A stretch of 56,176 bases of DNA, counting the filler, from Sphacelaria rigidula (taxonomy: Eukaryota), in the NCBI GenBank assembly GCA_964200075.2. It is 7 parts of 7 records of this genome, joined end to end, with 100 filler letters (N's around TTAATTAATTAA, not from the genome) between each part and the next. Parts side by side here need not be neighbours in the genome. Positions count along the whole stretch, not along the records: positions 48,238 to 56,176 come from CAXNAA020012911.1; 6 more parts are not named here. One strand, written 5' to 3'. The translations under genes were made by a program, and so were the position numbers. Under the pieces are notes generated by a model. The model was not told the origin of the DNA. It searched no databases and was given only the letters and a program-made list of their open reading frames with translations. This document shows, piece by piece, positions 52,776 through 56,176 of the stretch (positions are counted from its first letter, which is position 1; each line of letters starts with the position of its first letter).

Positions 52776-54131
52776 CACACGTGGACAAATACCATCCTGT
52801 GGGGCATGTCTACAGGGTCCAGGAAAACTGCGCAATGTTTCTCGCGGGGACCTGGCCGTAGGGTTCTTGCGCCCCACAGGACACTTCACAGGGTTTCAGG
52901 GACACTGTGCAGTGTTTCTCGCGGGGATTTGATTGTAGGGTACTATTTTGTGCCACACAGGGCGCTTCACAGGGTTTCGTCTTTCCGTGTAGTGTTCATT
53001 GCTGTTAATATGCTGTACAGCCTTTAAAGCGCACATACAATATACTCCATGCAGCATGGGTATGATACTGGCAGAAAAATACAGTCGAGAAGTTGCAATG
53101 GTGTGAATTGAACACGCGATCTCGTGCTCGGGAGCGCGATCAGTTGCACATTGAGCTACCTGGTTTGAAGTTGACAAGGGCAATATTTTGTGCTTCTAAT
53201 AACTATCAAGCAAAAACCTCTCTAATCAAAAGCATGCTCGATTGAGTGATTTTGGTAGACTGCGGACCACGGGGTTTTCAAAAGTTATGTGGACTGATAT
53301 GCGAGGTATTTACTGACGTTCCAGCATCCACGCCTCGAGCCGAAGCGTCGTATCTAAGCTCGTAGGCGTGTGGACATACACTCGTAATCAATGTGTGGGA
53401 TCTCTTTTCAGCAAAAGCTGTTGTGAGTTATTCGTCCTTTAGCCCATGTATACATGGACCGGGGGGCAAAAATATGGATTACTTCCAACCTTTTTTCTGC
53501 GTGTCGGATCCCATACGCTGATAACGGTGCAGTATGCGGGATATGCCCAGCTGACGCTGTTCGCAATAAATCTCTTTTTACACAATCTCCGGATGAATTG
53601 GAGGGCAAAGTGAATATCTATTTTGAGCTTCTTCTGCCGTTCAAATTCCAAATCTGCCAGTGTGCATGGGGTTTGCTCAGCAGAAGAAGCTCGAAATATA
53701 TCCTTTTCTCGCCGAAGTTACATGGGCGAAAAAATTATCTATTTTGAATAGGTTCTCCCGCTGTTTGAAATAAATGCTTTTTTGTGCCCACATAAATTTG
53801 ATGAAACAAGGTTCTGTTTTGAATAGCTTCTCCTGCTGTCTGAGATAAATTCATTTTTGCCCTATTTAAATCGGGCAAAAAGAGGATTTATCTCGGACAG
53901 CAGGAGGAGCTATTGAAAGAAAACAGATTCACAGATTTTTTACCAAAGTAATTTGGAATTTTCAAAATTGGGAAGGCCTCTCCACAGGGTTGCTTTCAGG
54001 GTTTCGACAAAAACGCTATGCAAAATGCTATTACAGGTCCTAGAGTTTGCAAATGCCGCACAGGGGTTTTCACAGAGACTGTGGAGAACCCTGTGCAGCT
54101 CGTCCTACAGGGTGCTATTTGTCCACGTGTG
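52776..54131. mobile_element. Non-autonomous TIR element with CAC..GTG ends and subterminal CACAGGG repeats (CMC/CACTA-like)
   Basis: Perfect 16-bp TIR CACACGTGGACAAATA / TATTTGTCCACGTGTG, TA on both flanks, many (ca)cagggttt motifs near both ends. Confidence 0.8.
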
Positions 54132-55205
54132 TAGATAGGAAGGTGGTGAGCATTATTGGAAATGTGTTGGCGCAAAGAGCAGTAGGGCAAAGGATACCCT
54201 ATGCAAGGGAAGAACTGAGAAAAAAGGTCTTAGACAGATGCGATCCCCGCAGCAAAGACGAAGTGCATACATATGTATTAAAGTCGGGTGTTAACCAGAC
54301 CCTATGATGAGCAGCAACGTGCTGCGTGTAGTCAAACACAGTACCGACAACGGCTAAAGTAGTGTATGACTACATGCAGCACCAAAAGCTACAGCACAAG
54401 AACAAGTTGTCTCACTACAAGTGGTCTTCCTGCGTGCACGTCACATCCGACACAACGAGAGAGGAAAAGGTGCGACTTGAGTCCTACGACAAGAGGTGGA
54501 AAGCGGAAAGCCAAGAGAAAACAAGGAAGACACTGAAAGGCCAAGTACTAGTAAGTAAACATGGCAAAAACAGTAAAGGTAAGAAGTCTGTACGCACGGT
54601 TATATCGCAGGCAAAGCGGATGCGCAAGATAGATGACACCGTCGGAGGCGCATAATACGTGTAAAGACGTCTGAAATCACAACAATCAAGTTTGTGGAGC
54701 ATATCAGGAGAAGTGTAATTCGCACCGACGACACGTCCACACCAACTTGAAGGAAAAGGGGGTGGTAAACCCTTACAACTGGAAAGAGAGGAGACAGGTA
54801 CGGGCTATACTCGTTGTGATACGTGATTGATTACGAAAACAAGGCAAAGAAAAAAAAAGCCTCCCGTAGAGAGGACACAAAAGTCAACAGGTGCCTGCTG
54901 CAGGAGACGTGAACCCCGTGCAAGATATCCGGGTACGTACTTATAAACTTGCAAACGAAGGACAGAAGGCACAAAAGCCATCAAACACGCGCTGTATGAG
55001 AGGAGAACTCCGTACAGGTATCGTGCTCTGCAATTTACGAGAAGCGAAGTTGAAGAATGTCGTAGGCAGGAGACGACGTTGGTACTAAGGTTGACCTTGA
55101 GCTGAGGGCTTGTGCGTAGTAGGTAGATCCTGCATAGCGATGTAAGGTGGCGAAGACACGAAGCAGGAGAAAGAGAGGATGCGAAGGGGTGCGAGAGTTG
55201 TTAGT

Positions 55206-55985
55206 CGAAAGTTGTAGACTACTGTCTTTCTATGGCATGTACTGCTGTACTGCAGTACGATTGTGTAGCACAGTATGGTAATTTGAGAACATACCTCATC
55301 AAAGCTCTCTGATACAGCAGTATCCGGCCATGAGCATCAAGGTTGCAGCTTCTTATGGGGAAAAAGAAACAAGCGCTGTTTAGCCATCATCAAATGTTTG
55401 AAAGAACACTGTAGCTCAGGTACAAAATAACAGAGTAGGTACTGCTGTACGCATAGCATAAGTCCACGTTTAAAGTTAAAGCAACAACACACCTCATCGA
55501 AGCTCTCTGCTCTCTGCGTGCACTATTGTTTCTGTCGCGGTCGGCATCGCTGTGACAGATGAACACCGGAGCATGAACGTTGCAGCATGTAAAGGGAAAC
55601 TTCGAAAGTTGTAGACTATTATTGGTATGTATTGCTGAACTGCTGTACTGCAGTACGAGTGTGTAGCACAGTATGGTAATTTGAGAACATACCTCATCAA
55701 AGCTCTCTGATACGGCAGTATCCGGCCATGAGCATCAACGTTGCAGCTTCCTATGGGAAAAAAGAAACAAGCGCTGTTTAGCCATCATCAAATGTTTGAA
55801 AGAACACTGTAGCTCAGGTGCAAAATATCAGACTAGGTACTGCTGTACGCATAGCATCAGCTACGTTTAATGTTGAAGCAACAACACACCTCATCGAAGC
55901 TCTCTGCTCTCTGCGCGCACTATTGTTTCTGTCGCGGTCGGCATCGCTGTGACAGAGGGGAACAGATGAACAGCGGAGCATGTAA
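55206..55985. repeat. Tandem duplication, period ~396 bp
   Basis: tcgaaagttgtagacta...gtatggtaatttgagaacatacctcatcaaagctctctgatac...gtcggcatcgctgtgacaga occurs twice at high identity. Confidence 0.92.
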
Positions 55986-56176
55986 TCGATTATACTTACG
56001 CTCCAGGATCTGCCTGGATACGAGGGAAATTGATATCGAGATTGGATTATGACATACAGGGGAAGTACGAATAAGAGACTAGTTCTGTTATTTGAGGTAT
56101 ACCCGATCTAGTGCTTGCAGTACAAATCTACTGGGGGCACACGCCTTTTCGCGTGGCGAAGAGATGGGATCATGAC

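Noticed and set aside
54150-55100. Degenerate LINE ORF2 fragment
   Set aside because: Purine-rich with a faint resemblance only; no diagnostic RT or endonuclease motif could be confirmed

Overview
Eukaryotic, intron-rich and repeat-rich DNA, most likely from a brown alga (Phaeophyceae) or a related stramenopile; this is inferred from gene architecture and protein motifs, not from a search. The window is not one locus. It is seven ~7.94-kb contigs (7941, 7940 and five of 7939 bp) joined by identical 100-bp N44-TTAATTAATTAA-N44 linkers, so adjacency across linkers is meaningless and every gene is partial. Supported genes: the N-terminal part of an ABCB/MDR1-type ABC exporter (9 exons, TMD1 up to just before Walker A), TGS1 trimethylguanosine synthase carrying an apparent SMN-type Tudor domain, one HID1-family exon, the last three exons of SKP1, and two orphan minus-strand exons. 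Mobile and repetitive content: a decayed ALOG-domain tyrosine-recombinase (DIRS-type) retroelement next to a ~280-bp palindrome, a tRNA-derived SINE family (7 copies or fragments), Stowaway-like, hAT-like and CAC..GTG TIR elements, a 1.8-kb foldback element in a SKP1 intron, further long hairpins (one branched), and tandem duplications. The best candidates for novelty are the Tudor-TGS1 fusion, the intronic foldback, the branched hairpin element and a compensatory motif switch between two hAT-MITE copies.
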